Virus record (IMG/VR): IMGVR_UViG_3300037510_000657
Coordinates: 15,013 to 79,012 of that record
Direction: 5' to 3' (one strand)
Source of the DNA: a virus
DNA: 64,000 nucleotides
Positions within the stretch are counted from its first letter, which is position 1, and each line of letters begins with the position of its first letter. The translations under genes and the position numbers were made by a program. Below the pieces are notes generated by a model. It saw only the letters and a program-made list of their open reading frames with translations. It ran no database searches and was not told the origin of the DNA. Positions 27,878 to 37,367 of the stretch are shown here, in pieces.

Positions 27878-28396
27878 CTACGAGATGCTGATGGTCTGCT
27901 GGTTCCAGTACGTGGGCAGGATGCGAGCTCGCAGCTGCGAGAACATCCGCTCGATGGTCTCCTGCGGGACCCCGTGCGTCTGGCGCGCCATCGCAACGTG
28001 CACCGGGCACTCGATGGTGAGGATGGTGACCTCGTTCCCGAACGCCAGCGCCAGCTGGGCGTAGGGAGCAATCTCGATGGCCGTCGTGTTGGTGTTATCC
28101 ACGACGACGTAGCGCTCGGGGTCCAGCGCCAGGGGCGAGGTGATGAGCTGCGTGTAGCCGCGAAGGCAGTACTGGTGAGCCGCTCCCTGCATGGCCTTCT
28201 TGAAGTCGTAGAACTCGAGCGTGCCCTTGCAGATGGCACACTCGAGATTGATGTTCGGACCGTCGGTGAACTGGCACTTCGGGCAAGGCTTCCTGAAGTA
28301 GTCATCCGACGAGTAGACGGCGGCGCCGGCGTAAGCCTCCTTCTGGAACGTGGTCTTGCCGGAACCGGGGATACCAGACATGATGACGACCTTCAT
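27878..28396 (-). CDS. AAA_33/PNK-like P-loop kinase with Zn-ribbon insertion
   Basis: MKVVIMSGIPGSGKTT; VVVDNTN; CPKC...CAIC. Confidence 0.75.
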   Translation of the reverse strand: MKVVIMSGIPGSGKTTFQKEAYAGAAVYSSDDYFRKPCPKCQFTDGPNINLECAICKGTLEFYDFKKAMQGAAHQYCLRGYTQLITSPLALDPERYVVVDNTNTTAIEIAPYAQLALAFGNEVTILTIECPVHVAMARQTHGVPQETIERMFSQLRARILPTYWNQQTISIS

Positions 28397-28410
28397 GGTG
28401 CTTGCCTCCG

Positions 28411-28845
28411 TTAGACGAGATGGATGTAGCGCTGCTCGGCTGCCGCGACGATGAGGTCGTAGCGAACCACCCACAGCGGGCTCGGGTCAGGAATCAGGAA
28501 GTGCTCGAGCAGCTCAGCTCCCTTGCGCTCGAGGTGAGGGCAGTTGAGCGTGAGCAGCTCGGCCACCAGTGCCTGCCGCAGAGGCAGTGTAGCGTTGTGC
28601 CGCTTGATGATGTGCCAGATGACCGAGTTGAACTCGAGGTGCGTCTGGTGGACGAGAGGGGCGACCTCGTTGGTGCCCGGTATCCAGCCGTCCACCACGC
28701 ATGCGCACTTCCCCGGCAAGGGGTTCGTCACTCCCAGCTGCAGGAGATGACCGGCTGCCTGGTGCCAAGCCGAGCCCGTGTTGTTGCGGGCGGTGAACAG
28801 CAGGCAGTAGTGAAAGGCGTTGATCCAAGCCTCGACGATGTCCAT
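28411..28845 (-). CDS. Hypothetical protein, paralog of 29146..29583
   Basis: Shared LGVT.P.PG.C.CV, FNS.VW and EHFL...PDP.LWV-like motifs. Confidence 0.65.
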   Translation of the reverse strand: MDIVEAWINAFHYCLLFTARNNTGSAWHQAAGHLLQLGVTNPLPGKCACVVDGWIPGTNEVAPLVHQTHLEFNSVIWHIIKRHNATLPLRQALVAELLTLNCPHLERKGAELLEHFLIPDPSPLWVVRYDLIVAAAEQRYIHLV

Positions 28846-28860
28846 GTTCCCCCTCCGCCC

Positions 28861-29133
28861 CTAGTCCTTGTTGACGGTGTCGATGCACTTCTGCACGATG
28901 CTGGCCGGTTCGGGCGGCAGCATGTCGCGCAGAGCTTCGAGCTTCTTGATGGCGTGCTTGGTGCCGAACTTGTCCCCTTCCGCGAAGCCGCTCACCCTGG
29001 CTTCGGGGATTTCGACGAACTGCGCGTTGTTGAACTTGCTGCGGCAGTCGTTGAGCCGAGCCTTCAGGTCTTCGGCCAGGCGCTCGTTCTCCTCGGCCAT
29101 CTTGCGCCACTTCCGGTTGATGCGGTTCGCCAT
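28861..29133 (-). CDS. Hypothetical coiled-coil protein
   Basis: 90 aa between paralogs. Confidence 0.55.
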   Translation of the reverse strand: MANRINRKWRKMAEENERLAEDLKARLNDCRSKFNNAQFVEIPEARVSGFAEGDKFGTKHAIKKLEALRDMLPPEPASIVQKCIDTVNKD

Positions 29134-29145
29134 GTTCTTGTCCCC

Positions 29146-29583
29146 CTAGAGCTCGATGTCGTAGCCGACGACGTTGCCCGTGACCGGAGAGAAGATGGAG
29201 ACGTACGACTCCATCACCCACAGCGGGTCGGGCTTGTTCTGCAGGAAGTGCTCGATGAGCTCGAGCGCGTAGTCCCTGGCCATCCAGTTCGGGACACGCT
29301 CGAGCGCCTCCTTCAGGGCGATGCGCCTGAGGAAGGGCATGATGCCGTGAATCTGGATGGTCATCCAGACCGTCGAGTTGAAGGCGTAGTGGTCGCGGTG
29401 CACGGGAGGGAGGTGGCCCCAGTCCTCCTTCACGCACATGCACTCGCCCGGCGTCGGGCTGGTCACACCCAGCTGGACGAAGAAGTCCACCACCCGGTCC
29501 CAGTCGCTCACGAGCTGGGTGCCCTTGGCGCTGAGGATGGCCGACTCGAACTCCCGAACCAGAACGGTCAACGAAGGGTGCAT
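29146..29583 (-). CDS. Hypothetical protein, paralog of 28411..28845
   Basis: SD AGGAGG; shared motifs. Confidence 0.65.
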   Translation of the reverse strand: MHPSLTVLVREFESAILSAKGTQLVSDWDRVVDFFVQLGVTSPTPGECMCVKEDWGHLPPVHRDHYAFNSTVWMTIQIHGIMPFLRRIALKEALERVPNWMARDYALELIEHFLQNKPDPLWVMESYVSIFSPVTGNVVGYDIEL

Positions 29584-29631
29584 GGTGTCCTCCTAAAGTT
29601 GTGCCTTGCCGCAGTGGCTCAGCTTCAGGGT

Positions 29632-29659
29632 CCTTATCCCCTGGGATGGCCTGAAGTTG
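29632..29659 (-). promoter_or_regulatory. CAA-N16-GnnATAAGG motif copy
   Basis: CAA-N16-GGGATAAGG. Confidence 0.65.
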
Positions 29660-29705
29660 CAGTTATAGCTAAGGAAAGGCCTGTTTAGGGCCTTGGGGTG
29701 GTGGG

Positions 29706-30257
29706 CTATGCGGCGGGGGCTTCGACGAGGATGTCCTGCTGGGCGACCTCCTCGACCGGACCGGAGCCGAAGTGGAACTCCCCGCGGATGAGGGCGTTGA
29801 CGCGGGTCTTCAGGCGGTTGACCTCGCCACGGAGCTGGTTGTTCTCCTCGCCCTTGAGGTGCAGGCGCCGGCGCAGCTTGTCGGGCTCGACCCAGTCCCG
29901 GCGGTAGCGCTGGGCCAGGGCCTCGGCTTCCTTCGTCTTGTCCTTGGCGATGGCGAGGTCGGCCTCGTGCTGGGCGACCATCATCTTCACGTCGAGAGCG
30001 TGCTGCTCGGTGAGGAACTGGATGGCGTTCTCCTTGTCCTTCTGGAGACGCTGCTCCATCGACCGCATCTCCTGCCTCATCATGGCGATGGCCTCGTTGA
30101 GCGAGGACGACTTGGCCATGAGCTCGGCGATGCGGTCGCTGCTGGTGGCGAGGCTCTCGTTCTTCGCCTCGATCTCCTGCTCCCAGACCCGGGCGTCACG
30201 GCCCAGCTTGATGAGCTCCTTGGCCTTCTTGTCCTTGCGGCGCTGCTTCGAGTTCAT
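29706..30257 (-). CDS. Coiled-coil hypothetical protein
   Basis: 183 aa with heptad pattern. Confidence 0.6.
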   Translation of the reverse strand: MNSKQRRKDKKAKELIKLGRDARVWEQEIEAKNESLATSSDRIAELMAKSSSLNEAIAMMRQEMRSMEQRLQKDKENAIQFLTEQHALDVKMMVAQHEADLAIAKDKTKEAEALAQRYRRDWVEPDKLRRRLHLKGEENNQLRGEVNRLKTRVNALIRGEFHFGSGPVEEVAQQDILVEAPAA

Positions 30258-30736
30258 GGCGTTCCCCTTTCAGCGGTGGCGTGAGATGTGGAGTCGCAGT
30301 TGAGCGTGAAGTTGTTGTACTCCGGGTAGAACTGAACGACGTGCTGGGCGAGGGTCTCGTGGAGATGCCCCAGCCCGTCGATGGTCCAGCTCGTGGCCTC
30401 TCGGGTGAAGGTGGTGGTCACGGTGTAGTTGCCGTACTGCGGATGGTACTTGTGGACCACGCAGGTGGCGCCGACCACCGGCACTGCGACGTCCTCGACC
30501 ATCTCGAGCTCGTAGGTGCAGCCGGCGTTGGCCGAGAAGGTGAAGGCGTTGCTCGTGTACTCGAAGGTCCCGTTGGCTCCGGGGTTGAGCACCAGCTCCC
30601 CGGCTTCGCCGTCGTCGCAGGAGAAGCTCCCCGTACCGGTCGTGTACGCCCACGTCCCGATGAAGGGGTCGGACGGTTTCGAGTCGTCACCCGAGCACGC
30701 GGCGAGCACCAGCAGACTGAGCAAGAACTTCTTCAT
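30254..30736 (-). CDS. Lipoprotein, lipocalin-like beta protein
   Basis: MKKFLLSLLVLAAC lipobox; FIGTW motif. Confidence 0.7.
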   Translation of the reverse strand: MKKFLLSLLVLAACSGDDSKPSDPFIGTWAYTTGTGSFSCDDGEAGELVLNPGANGTFEYTSNAFTFSANAGCTYELEMVEDVAVPVVGATCVVHKYHPQYGNYTVTTTFTREATSWTIDGLGHLHETLAQHVVQFYPEYNNFTLNCDSTSHATAERGTP

Positions 30737-30746
30737 CTGACCCTCC

Positions 30747-30956
30747 TCATGGCAACAGACCGTGAAGCACCGGCAAAAGCGCCGGGGCCAACTTCTTGTA
30801 GAGCGTGTAGGCCTCTTTGGAGGGCTCCGGGTATGCCTGCTGCGGAGCAGCCGGAATCGGAGTCATCCCGCCGCAGTGCAGGGTGGCGAGAGCCACGATG
30901 CAGACCAGGCACATGACGAACAGAGAACCACCGATGGCCTTCGTAAAAGAGTGCAC
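30747..30956 (-). CDS. Small putative lipoprotein/membrane protein
   Basis: GTG after GAGGAGG; hydrophobic segment ending LHCGG. Confidence 0.5.
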   Translation of the reverse strand: MHSFTKAIGGSLFVMCLVCIVALATLHCGGMTPIPAAPQQAYPEPSKEAYTLYKKLAPALLPVLHGLLP

Positions 30957-30973
30957 GTCGTCCTCCTCTAGTT

Positions 30974-31001
30974 CCTTATCTCTTCCCACATGGCCGTATT
31001 G
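30974..31001 (-). promoter_or_regulatory. CAA-N16-GnnATAAGG motif copy
   Basis: CAA-N16-GAGATAAGG. Confidence 0.65.
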
Positions 31002-31016
31002 CGCTATCTTCGAAGG

Positions 31017-31436
31017 ATGCGGGCCCTCTGTCTTATCGTCTTCTTGGCCGCCTGCCACGCACAGGCGAAGCCCACGATCCCAACCGTGACCAAGACGCAG
31101 GTCGTGTTGGTCGTGAAGCACGTGACGCTGAACATCCCCGTGCTGCCCGTCCCGAAGTCCTGCATGGCCCCCGCACCTGTGCTTCCAGAGCCCACCCTCC
31201 CCACCGACGCCGACAAGCTCGGCAACGTCGTCATCTCGGCCGCGAAGGTCGACATCATCAACGACTGGGTGAGCACGTACAAGATCTACGTGGAGGAGCA
31301 GTTCGAGAGGTGCAAGGACACCTCGTTGCCTCCCTACGCTATCCCCGAGCCCGAGGAGAACCCGCTCATGCCAGAGGTTCCCGTGCTCGTTGGCCCCTTC
31401 GACTCTCTGCCACCCGACGGTCAACCGCCTTACTAG
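31017..31436 (+). CDS. Proline-rich lipoprotein (o-spanin-like features, unproven)
   Basis: MRALCLIVFLAAC lipobox; TATCTT 6 nt upstream. Confidence 0.55.
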   Translation: MRALCLIVFLAACHAQAKPTIPTVTKTQVVLVVKHVTLNIPVLPVPKSCMAPAPVLPEPTLPTDADKLGNVVISAAKVDIINDWVSTYKIYVEEQFERCKDTSLPPYAIPEPEENPLMPEVPVLVGPFDSLPPDGQPPY

Positions 31437-31445
31437 GAGTTCATC

Positions 31446-31796
31446 ATGGCCGTGTACCAGCTGTTTGGCTGCAAGCTCTCCATCGTCAACAACCCTGCCC
31501 TGGCGTCCGCGTACGGGGACTACATGGCCATCTACGACTCGGAGCGCTCTGCTCGCTACGAGCACGCCATCATCCCGGGCAAGCCCGAGCCGCAGGAGGC
31601 GAACAAGGCCTTCTCCCAGCTAAGAGAACGGTGGCCGCACCTCGAGGCGGCCGCCGCTCAGGCTGCCCGCTGCCTGGCCAAGCGCCAGCTGCGGGTCGAT
31701 CAGTTCGTCATCACCGGCGATGAGGTCGTGGCCTACGCTCACCCCGACTTCGGGTACGAGCGGACCTCTGCCTTCCCCATCGTCAAGAAGCGGTAG
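31446..31796 (+). CDS. Hypothetical protein
   Basis: SD AGGAG. Confidence 0.55.
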   Translation: MAVYQLFGCKLSIVNNPALASAYGDYMAIYDSERSARYEHAIIPGKPEPQEANKAFSQLRERWPHLEAAAAQAARCLAKRQLRVDQFVITGDEVVAYAHPDFGYERTSAFPIVKKR

Positions 31797-32189
31797 AGCT
31801 TCCTGAGGTCGGGCAGCGTCAACCCGACCATGATCATCCCCACGCAGACGATCACCTGCCAGCTCTCCTCCTCGTAGCCCGCCATCAAGCACAGGAAGTA
31901 CACGAGGAACGAGCTGATCTCGATGAAGAGCTGCCAGTCCCTGATCCTCATCGGCTCATCCTCCTCATCCTGGCCTTCCGTCGCTCTTCGCGGACGACCA
32001 TGACGGGCATGAGGACCAGGGACGCGATGAGCATCCACGCGCCCAGGTGAGAGGTGCGATGGTGCCCAAACACCGCCGCAGCCACCCAGATGAAGGCTCC
32101 TCCGAAGAAGAGCGCGAGGACCAGCCACTCCCACCACTGCAGCGGTTCCGGTTCGATGTCGTGCCAGCTCATGTTCTCCCCCTCTGCGG

Positions 32190-32642
32190 CTACGCGCCGT
32201 CGTCGATGTCGATGTCCCGTTCCAGCTCGTGCAAGTCGGCGTGGAACTTGGCATTACGCTTCCACTCCTCCTTCTCCCGCTGCAGGAGCTCTATCTCCTT
32301 GGACATGGCCGAGACCAGCCCCTTCTGGTGCGTGACCTCCTTCTCGAGCTCGTCGTTCTTCTTGGTCGCGATCTCGAGGTGGACGAACAGGTTCCGCAGT
32401 GAGGTGTTCTGGTTCGCATTGCGGAACTCAACGGCCTCCTTCTCGAGGCTGAGGGCAGCATGGCTCTCGGCGGCGAGCTCGGCGTCGTCGAGGACCTTCT
32501 CGAGCTTGGCCTGGGCTTCTGCAAGCTTGGTCTTGAAGCGCTCGGTTTCCCGCTTGGCGAGCCTCGTCTCCTCTTCGGCCGCTGCGACCTTCGCGTTGGC
32601 CTCTTGCACGAGCTGGTAGGAGCGGACCCAGCCCCAGCTCAC
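32190..32642 (-). CDS. Coiled-coil hypothetical protein
   Basis: GTGA coupling; heptad pattern. Confidence 0.55.
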   Translation of the reverse strand: MSWGWVRSYQLVQEANAKVAAAEEETRLAKRETERFKTKLAEAQAKLEKVLDDAELAAESHAALSLEKEAVEFRNANQNTSLRNLFVHLEIATKKNDELEKEVTHQKGLVSAMSKEIELLQREKEEWKRNAKFHADLHELERDIDIDDGA

Positions 32643-32890
32643 CGGACCTTCTCCCTGTAGAGGCGGAAGATCTCGTCCTTGCGCTCGGGGTGGTGGCCGA
32701 TGTACTCGGTCAGCACCGCCGCCGTCCTCGGCGTGAGCGTGGTGTTGGCGTGGGAGACGCGGTCCATGCGGAGCGACACGTCATCCTTGAGCTGGTCGAA
32801 GCTCCCGTACGCAGCGAAGCGCCGGCGCTCCTGGCGGTCCTTCCAGCGAGCCCTCTTCGAACGGTTCCCGGTTCTCGGCTTGTAGCTCAT
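32639..32890 (-). CDS. Basic hypothetical protein
   Basis: 83 aa; SD GAGGAG. Confidence 0.5.
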   Translation of the reverse strand: MSYKPRTGNRSKRARWKDRQERRRFAAYGSFDQLKDDVSLRMDRVSHANTTLTPRTAAVLTEYIGHHPERKDEIFRLYREKVR

Positions 32891-33337
32891 GTCACTCCTC
32901 CTCGTCGGTGATGTCGATGCGCCTGTCCCCGAGCCTCCAGTGCTCAGGAACGAAGGTCACGATGATGAAGGCCACGGCACACATGATGCCGAGGCCGATC
33001 TCTGCGCCCTTGCTGTTGTAGAAGGCGGTCAGGATGGCCAGAACGACCCCGACCCCCAGGTTGAGCCAGGCAGCTGCGTCTCGAACGGTCATGGTCTCTT
33101 TCTCTCCGTGGCCAGGGTGATGTAGGTCCCCACGCAGATGCCGTCCATCAGCATGGTGAAGATGTTGGAAGCCTTCATGTTCTGGCCGATACCGTAGAGG
33201 ATCCCCGAGGTCAGGAACACGGTGGCAATGACCCACCTGAACGTGTCCATGTGCTTCTTGCTCATTTGGAATCTTCCCCTCATCGTTTCGACCTCTTGGG
33301 TGTTGGCCAAAAAGCTATCCACAGTGTCACGACATTT

Positions 33338-33365
33338 CCTTATCACCGACGGAGAGGCCTTTGTG
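33338..33365 (-). promoter_or_regulatory. CAA-N16-GnnATAAGG motif copy
   Basis: CAC-N16-GTGATAAGG; heads a string of small membrane-protein ORFs (31739-33283). Confidence 0.55.
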
Positions 33366-33432
33366 GTAGGCTCTCCCGATAGGTAGTCAAGAAACTACTT
33401 TGGTTTCTGCACTGCCTGTTGGAGGCCCGCGA

Positions 33433-34917
33433 ATGAGCGACGTTGTATGCCGCCACGCCCGCCAGATCGCAGCGAAGCACACGACCCTCGAGTCGTTGAC
33501 CGCTGCCATCAATGCCCACCACAAGCTGGACCTCTCGCCAGATGCACTGGCCTGCAGGTACCGTCGGTGGCGGAAGGAGCGTCCGAAGGAGCCGATGCTC
33601 AAGGACATCCTCGGTCTCGAGGCTCGCAAGGCCAAGCAGGAGGCAGAGGCTGTCGAAGCTGACCGCCTGCGTCGCTTGCACTCGGACTACGAGAACCTTC
33701 GTCCGGACGACCAGGTCGGTGTCGGCAACGACGGCCGTGTCGATCGCGAGGCCTCTCGGGAGAAGCGCCAGGAGTACTCCGAGAGCATGGGCCGCTTCGC
33801 CAAGGCCCTGCGCAAGACCGGAGGTGTTCCCGACGACATGCCCGAGGACCTGGGTGGGTACGTCGGTCTCCTGGCCGAGCAGGAGCGTCGGTTCGCTAAC
33901 CGCCGCGTGGCTCGTACCGTCTCCATCACGGCCGCCAACGAAGCGCTGCACCTGGCCCAGTTCAAGGACGCGGCCAAGCTCTTCGACGCTCGTATCGTCC
34001 CCAAGGGCTTCGCCACCTCGCTCCCCAAGCCGGGCAAGCGCACGGTCGTGACCCTGCTCTCCGACTGGCACCTGGGCTCGGACCTCTCGGCCGTCGACAA
34101 CCCCATCCCCTTCGGCAACGTGGAAGAGGCTCGCCGTCTCGAGCACGTCGTCCACCACGTCATCGACTACAAGCCCGAGCACCGTGAGGACTCCGAGCTC
34201 CTCGTCCTGCTCAATGGCGACATGATCGACGGCAACCTCCAGCACGACCTCAAGGACGGTGCGCCGCTCATCGAGCAGAAGCTGCGCTTCTGGCACCTGA
34301 GCTCGCTGATGATGGCGGAGTTCGCTCGGTCCTTCAAGCGTGTCCGGGTCGTGCCCAAGCCCGGCAACCACGGTCGAGACAAGCTGCGTCACCCTGGTCG
34401 CGCCACGAGCTCGAAGTGGGATGGCCACGAATGGGAGATGTACTACGCGCTGATGCGCATGTGCTCCGAGCTCAAGAACGTCCAGTGGGAGCTCGACCGC
34501 AAGGCCTGGTCGCTGGTGGACGTCCACGGCTCGAAGATGCTCGTGACCCACGGCGATACGCACGTGAAGATGGCTCACCCGGACAAGGGCGCCGAGAAGA
34601 ACGCCATGCTCCTCGACCGGTACAACGCCAACAAGACCTTCGGAGACGAGTTCCAGGCTGCCTGCTTCGGGCACTGGCACACGCCTCGCCACAAGCCCGG
34701 AACCCCGGACGTGGTGGTCAACGGCATGCTGCAGCCGCCGAACGGTCACTCCATCTCGGAGGGCTACGTGGCCGAGCCCTGCGGCCAGTGGGTGTGGGAG
34801 GCTGTGGAGGGCTTCCCGGTGGGCGATGCCCGCTACATCCGGGTCGGCCCGGACCAGGACAACGACGAACGGCTGGGCAAGGTCCTGACCCCGTTCGAAT
34901 GGCCCAAGGGGTTCTAA
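33433..34917 (+). CDS. Calcineurin-like metallophosphoesterase with N-terminal helical/coiled-coil extension
   Basis: SDWHLG, NGDMIDG, PGNHG, THGD and GHWH motifs; SD GGAGG. Confidence 0.85.
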   Translation: MSDVVCRHARQIAAKHTTLESLTAAINAHHKLDLSPDALACRYRRWRKERPKEPMLKDILGLEARKAKQEAEAVEADRLRRLHSDYENLRPDDQVGVGNDGRVDREASREKRQEYSESMGRFAKALRKTGGVPDDMPEDLGGYVGLLAEQERRFANRRVARTVSITAANEALHLAQFKDAAKLFDARIVPKGFATSLPKPGKRTVVTLLSDWHLGSDLSAVDNPIPFGNVEEARRLEHVVHHVIDYKPEHREDSELLVLLNGDMIDGNLQHDLKDGAPLIEQKLRFWHLSSLMMAEFARSFKRVRVVPKPGNHGRDKLRHPGRATSSKWDGHEWEMYYALMRMCSELKNVQWELDRKAWSLVDVHGSKMLVTHGDTHVKMAHPDKGAEKNAMLLDRYNANKTFGDEFQAACFGHWHTPRHKPGTPDVVVNGMLQPPNGHSISEGYVAEPCGQWVWEAVEGFPVGDARYIRVGPDQDNDERLGKVLTPFEWPKGF

Positions 34918-34918
34918 C

Positions 34919-35362
34919 GTGAAGCTGCAGGAGACCAAGCCAGGCTGCGGGGCGGCCTCTATCTGCAACGCGATCGAGTCACTGGGGGGACATCAGTACC
35001 AGGAGGTCGTGATGACCATCGCGGGAGGGACAGGCCAGGACGGCATCCCGCCCAAGAGCATCATGAAGACCCTGGACACCCTGGGCTACGACGCCGAGCC
35101 TGTCGTCTACCTCGTTCCCGGAAGAGCCGCTGAGGCCCTCCGGCGCTTCCTGCACAAGGGCTTCCCGGTCATCATGTGCGTGGACAACGACGAGCACTGG
35201 GTGTGCGCCATCGGGGTCCTCGGCTCGAGGTTCCTGGTCGCCGACCCGGCCGATGCCGAGCTGGTGCTGTCATACGACCCCGAGAAGCTCACCACTCGCT
35301 GGAAGAACAAGACCAAGAAGCCCTACTACGGGATCGTGGTCAGCCCCAAGGGGAACCCATGA
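34919..35362 (+). CDS. Peptidase C39-like (papain-fold) protein
   Basis: LQETKPGCGAAS (Q/C), EHWV (H), LVADP (D). Confidence 0.7.
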   Translation: MKLQETKPGCGAASICNAIESLGGHQYQEVVMTIAGGTGQDGIPPKSIMKTLDTLGYDAEPVVYLVPGRAAEALRRFLHKGFPVIMCVDNDEHWVCAIGVLGSRFLVADPADAELVLSYDPEKLTTRWKNKTKKPYYGIVVSPKGNP

Positions 35363-35613
35363 TGCGCTACCTCGTCCTGCCGCTCTTCCTGGCCTCTTGC
35401 CTGGGGGATGGCGGTGGCAACCCGCCCTGCGGTGCTCCGGGCCCTAGCTCGCCAACTGGCGGCTCTGGCTGCAAGCCTCCGCCCAAGGAGGCCCTCGACC
35501 CTCTCGTCTCCCTCTCCCAGGAGGAATACGACGCTCTCGAGGGACCGACCGAAGAGGAGATCCAGGAGGCCCTGGACGCCGGCTACCGAGACGCCTTCGG
35601 GCGAGACCGATGA
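35359..35613 (+). CDS. Small lipoprotein
   Basis: MMRYLVLPLFLASC lipobox. Confidence 0.55.
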   Translation: MMRYLVLPLFLASCLGDGGGNPPCGAPGPSSPTGGSGCKPPPKEALDPLVSLSQEEYDALEGPTEEEIQEALDAGYRDAFGRDR

Positions 35614-35819
35614 GCTGCCGCTGCAACCAGCCCCGCAGCCCTCAAGGGCCTCTGTGGGACACGCCAGCCACGAACGACACCGCCTTCTCCAAGCTGAAGG
35701 TCACGGCCGAGGAGGTGAAGGAAGCCCTGGGTAAGATGACCCCAGAAGAGCTGGCCGAGTATAAGCGCAAGATCGAAGAGCGCTGCCGTCCGTACCGCAC
35801 AGTCATGCGATTCCGCTAG
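35610..35819 (+). CDS. Hypothetical protein
   Basis: ATGA coupling. Confidence 0.5.
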   Translation: MSCRCNQPRSPQGPLWDTPATNDTAFSKLKVTAEEVKEALGKMTPEELAEYKRKIEERCRPYRTVMRFR

Positions 35820-35844
35820 GTGTGCGGTTATGCCTCAATGAGGC

Positions 35845-36294
35845 ATGATTCTTCTCCTCACCACAGCGCTCAACAACAACCCGGCGAACAAGCGCTCGAC
35901 GGTCGAGGTGAACACTGACGATGTTCTCAGCGTCGCTACCGTAGGTGGCAACACAGTGGTGTCTACGACCAACGGGGACATCACGGTTCTCGAGGGTCTC
36001 TCGGACGTGGAGCTCCAGTACAGCCTCGGCGCGGTGGATCCTCCCAATGGTCGTGACCGCAAGTTCGCTCTTGCTGGCTTCAGTGCGGCAAACATCACTG
36101 CTCTCGCCGGCGCGAACATCAACACCATCCAGGCTCTCGTCAACCGAGCCCTCTCCAGCGACGTTCAATTCGCTGCGGTAGCTACTCTCCTCGGTGTTGG
36201 GTCTTCCGACCTCGCTGCGATGCTGATGAAGTGCATGAGGTCCACGGGCTACTTGCCTCCTGGAAGAGAGAACGCTACCGTCCTGAAGAAGTGA
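35845..36294 (+). CDS. Hypothetical protein with FlbD/SwrD-like N-terminus
   Basis: MILL...VNTDDVLSV...NTVVSTTNG.ITVLEGLSDV resembles the FlbD pattern. Confidence 0.4.
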   Translation: MILLLTTALNNNPANKRSTVEVNTDDVLSVATVGGNTVVSTTNGDITVLEGLSDVELQYSLGAVDPPNGRDRKFALAGFSAANITALAGANINTIQALVNRALSSDVQFAAVATLLGVGSSDLAAMLMKCMRSTGYLPPGRENATVLKK

Positions 36295-36578
36295 CCTTCG
36301 TCCTCTTCTTCACGGCTGGCCTTGTTCTCGAAGGTCTCTGCGTTCTCTGGCTGAACGCCTACGAGAAGGACGTCATCGGCAAGGCCACCTTGCTCTCGAT
36401 GCTCTTCTGCTCTGTGCAGCTCTTCGGTGTCGGGAGCTCGGGCAGTGAGCTAAGAAAAGCCGTCCCCTATGTCCTGGGGTACGGCACGGGCACCGCCTTG
36501 GCGATGCTGGTTCGACGGAGAGCTAGAGCGGCCGCCCTAGCTCGTGCTCATCCTTCCGAGCCGCCCTCTTGCCCATGA
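36291..36578 (+). CDS. Small 3-TM membrane protein
   Basis: GTGA coupling; YVLGYGTGTALAM. Confidence 0.5.
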   Translation: MTFVLFFTAGLVLEGLCVLWLNAYEKDVIGKATLLSMLFCSVQLFGVGSSGSELRKAVPYVLGYGTGTALAMLVRRRARAAALARAHPSEPPSCP

Positions 36579-36903
36579 AGAAGGCGAACATGATGACTCG
36601 GTTGATGGGGATGGAGAAGTCGAAGTCGTCCTGAGTGAGCTCCCGGCCCAGGCGCTTCTCGAGGCAGGACAAGCACAGGATGCCCTCGTTGTTGCCCCGG
36701 ACCCTCGAGGTGCCGTGGGCTCCCTTCGCTTCGTCCCACGTGGCGAGCTTCACCATGTAGTCGTCACTGGGGTAGGCAGAGCAGTCGTGGCAGGACCAGA
36801 GCTTCTTCTGCTCTTCGTCGAAGGAGCGCCTGCCTTCCGCGGTGGCGAAGCCCTTGCCGTTGCACCGCCTGCAGATGACGCTCTTGTCTGCGAAGCCCTT
36901 CAT
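36523..36903 (-). CDS. Multi-Zn-finger protein
   Basis: CRRC, CHDC, LCLSCLEKRLGR. Confidence 0.6.
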   Translation of the reverse strand: MKGFADKSVICRRCNGKGFATAEGRRSFDEEQKKLWSCHDCSAYPSDDYMVKLATWDEAKGAHGTSRVRGNNEGILCLSCLEKRLGRELTQDDFDFSIPINRVIMFAFFMGKRAARKDEHELGRPL

Positions 36904-37367
36904 GGCTCTTCCTCTTCGGCGGCGTCCGGCACCCAGAGACCGAGGGTGTCCTTGAGCACCTTCCGCACCTCGAGGCCGTCCTCCTGTCCCTGGGTCTCCG
37001 CGTCGCTGTGTACACGGGACTTCCTACCGGTGTCGAGCGCGCTGATGAAGCCCTCGACGTAGGCGCACGGGAGATCCAGGCCATCGGCCAGGAACAGCAT
37101 CTTCTCCTTCTTCAGCTGCTTCACCTTGTTGAAGCGCTTGATGCGTGCATCGGTGGTACGACCTTTGGCGACGTAGAGCGTGGTGAGCGGGCACGTGTTC
37201 GCCTGGGTCGTCTCGGTGGATTCCTGGTACTTTGGCGTGCCTCCATCCCAGCCGACCAGGAGCCGCTTCTTCTTGAAGACGCCGAAGGCATACCGCCGGG
37301 CCATGGGTGCGAACCCCAGCTTCTTGTACGCCTGGATGATGTCGCTGATCTTCACCCTTGCTTTCAT
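36900..37367 (-). CDS. Hypothetical protein
   Basis: ATGA couplings at both ends. Confidence 0.55.
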   Translation of the reverse strand: MKARVKISDIIQAYKKLGFAPMARRYAFGVFKKKRLLVGWDGGTPKYQESTETTQANTCPLTTLYVAKGRTTDARIKRFNKVKQLKKEKMLFLADGLDLPCAYVEGFISALDTGRKSRVHSDAETQGQEDGLEVRKVLKDTLGLWVPDAAEEEEP

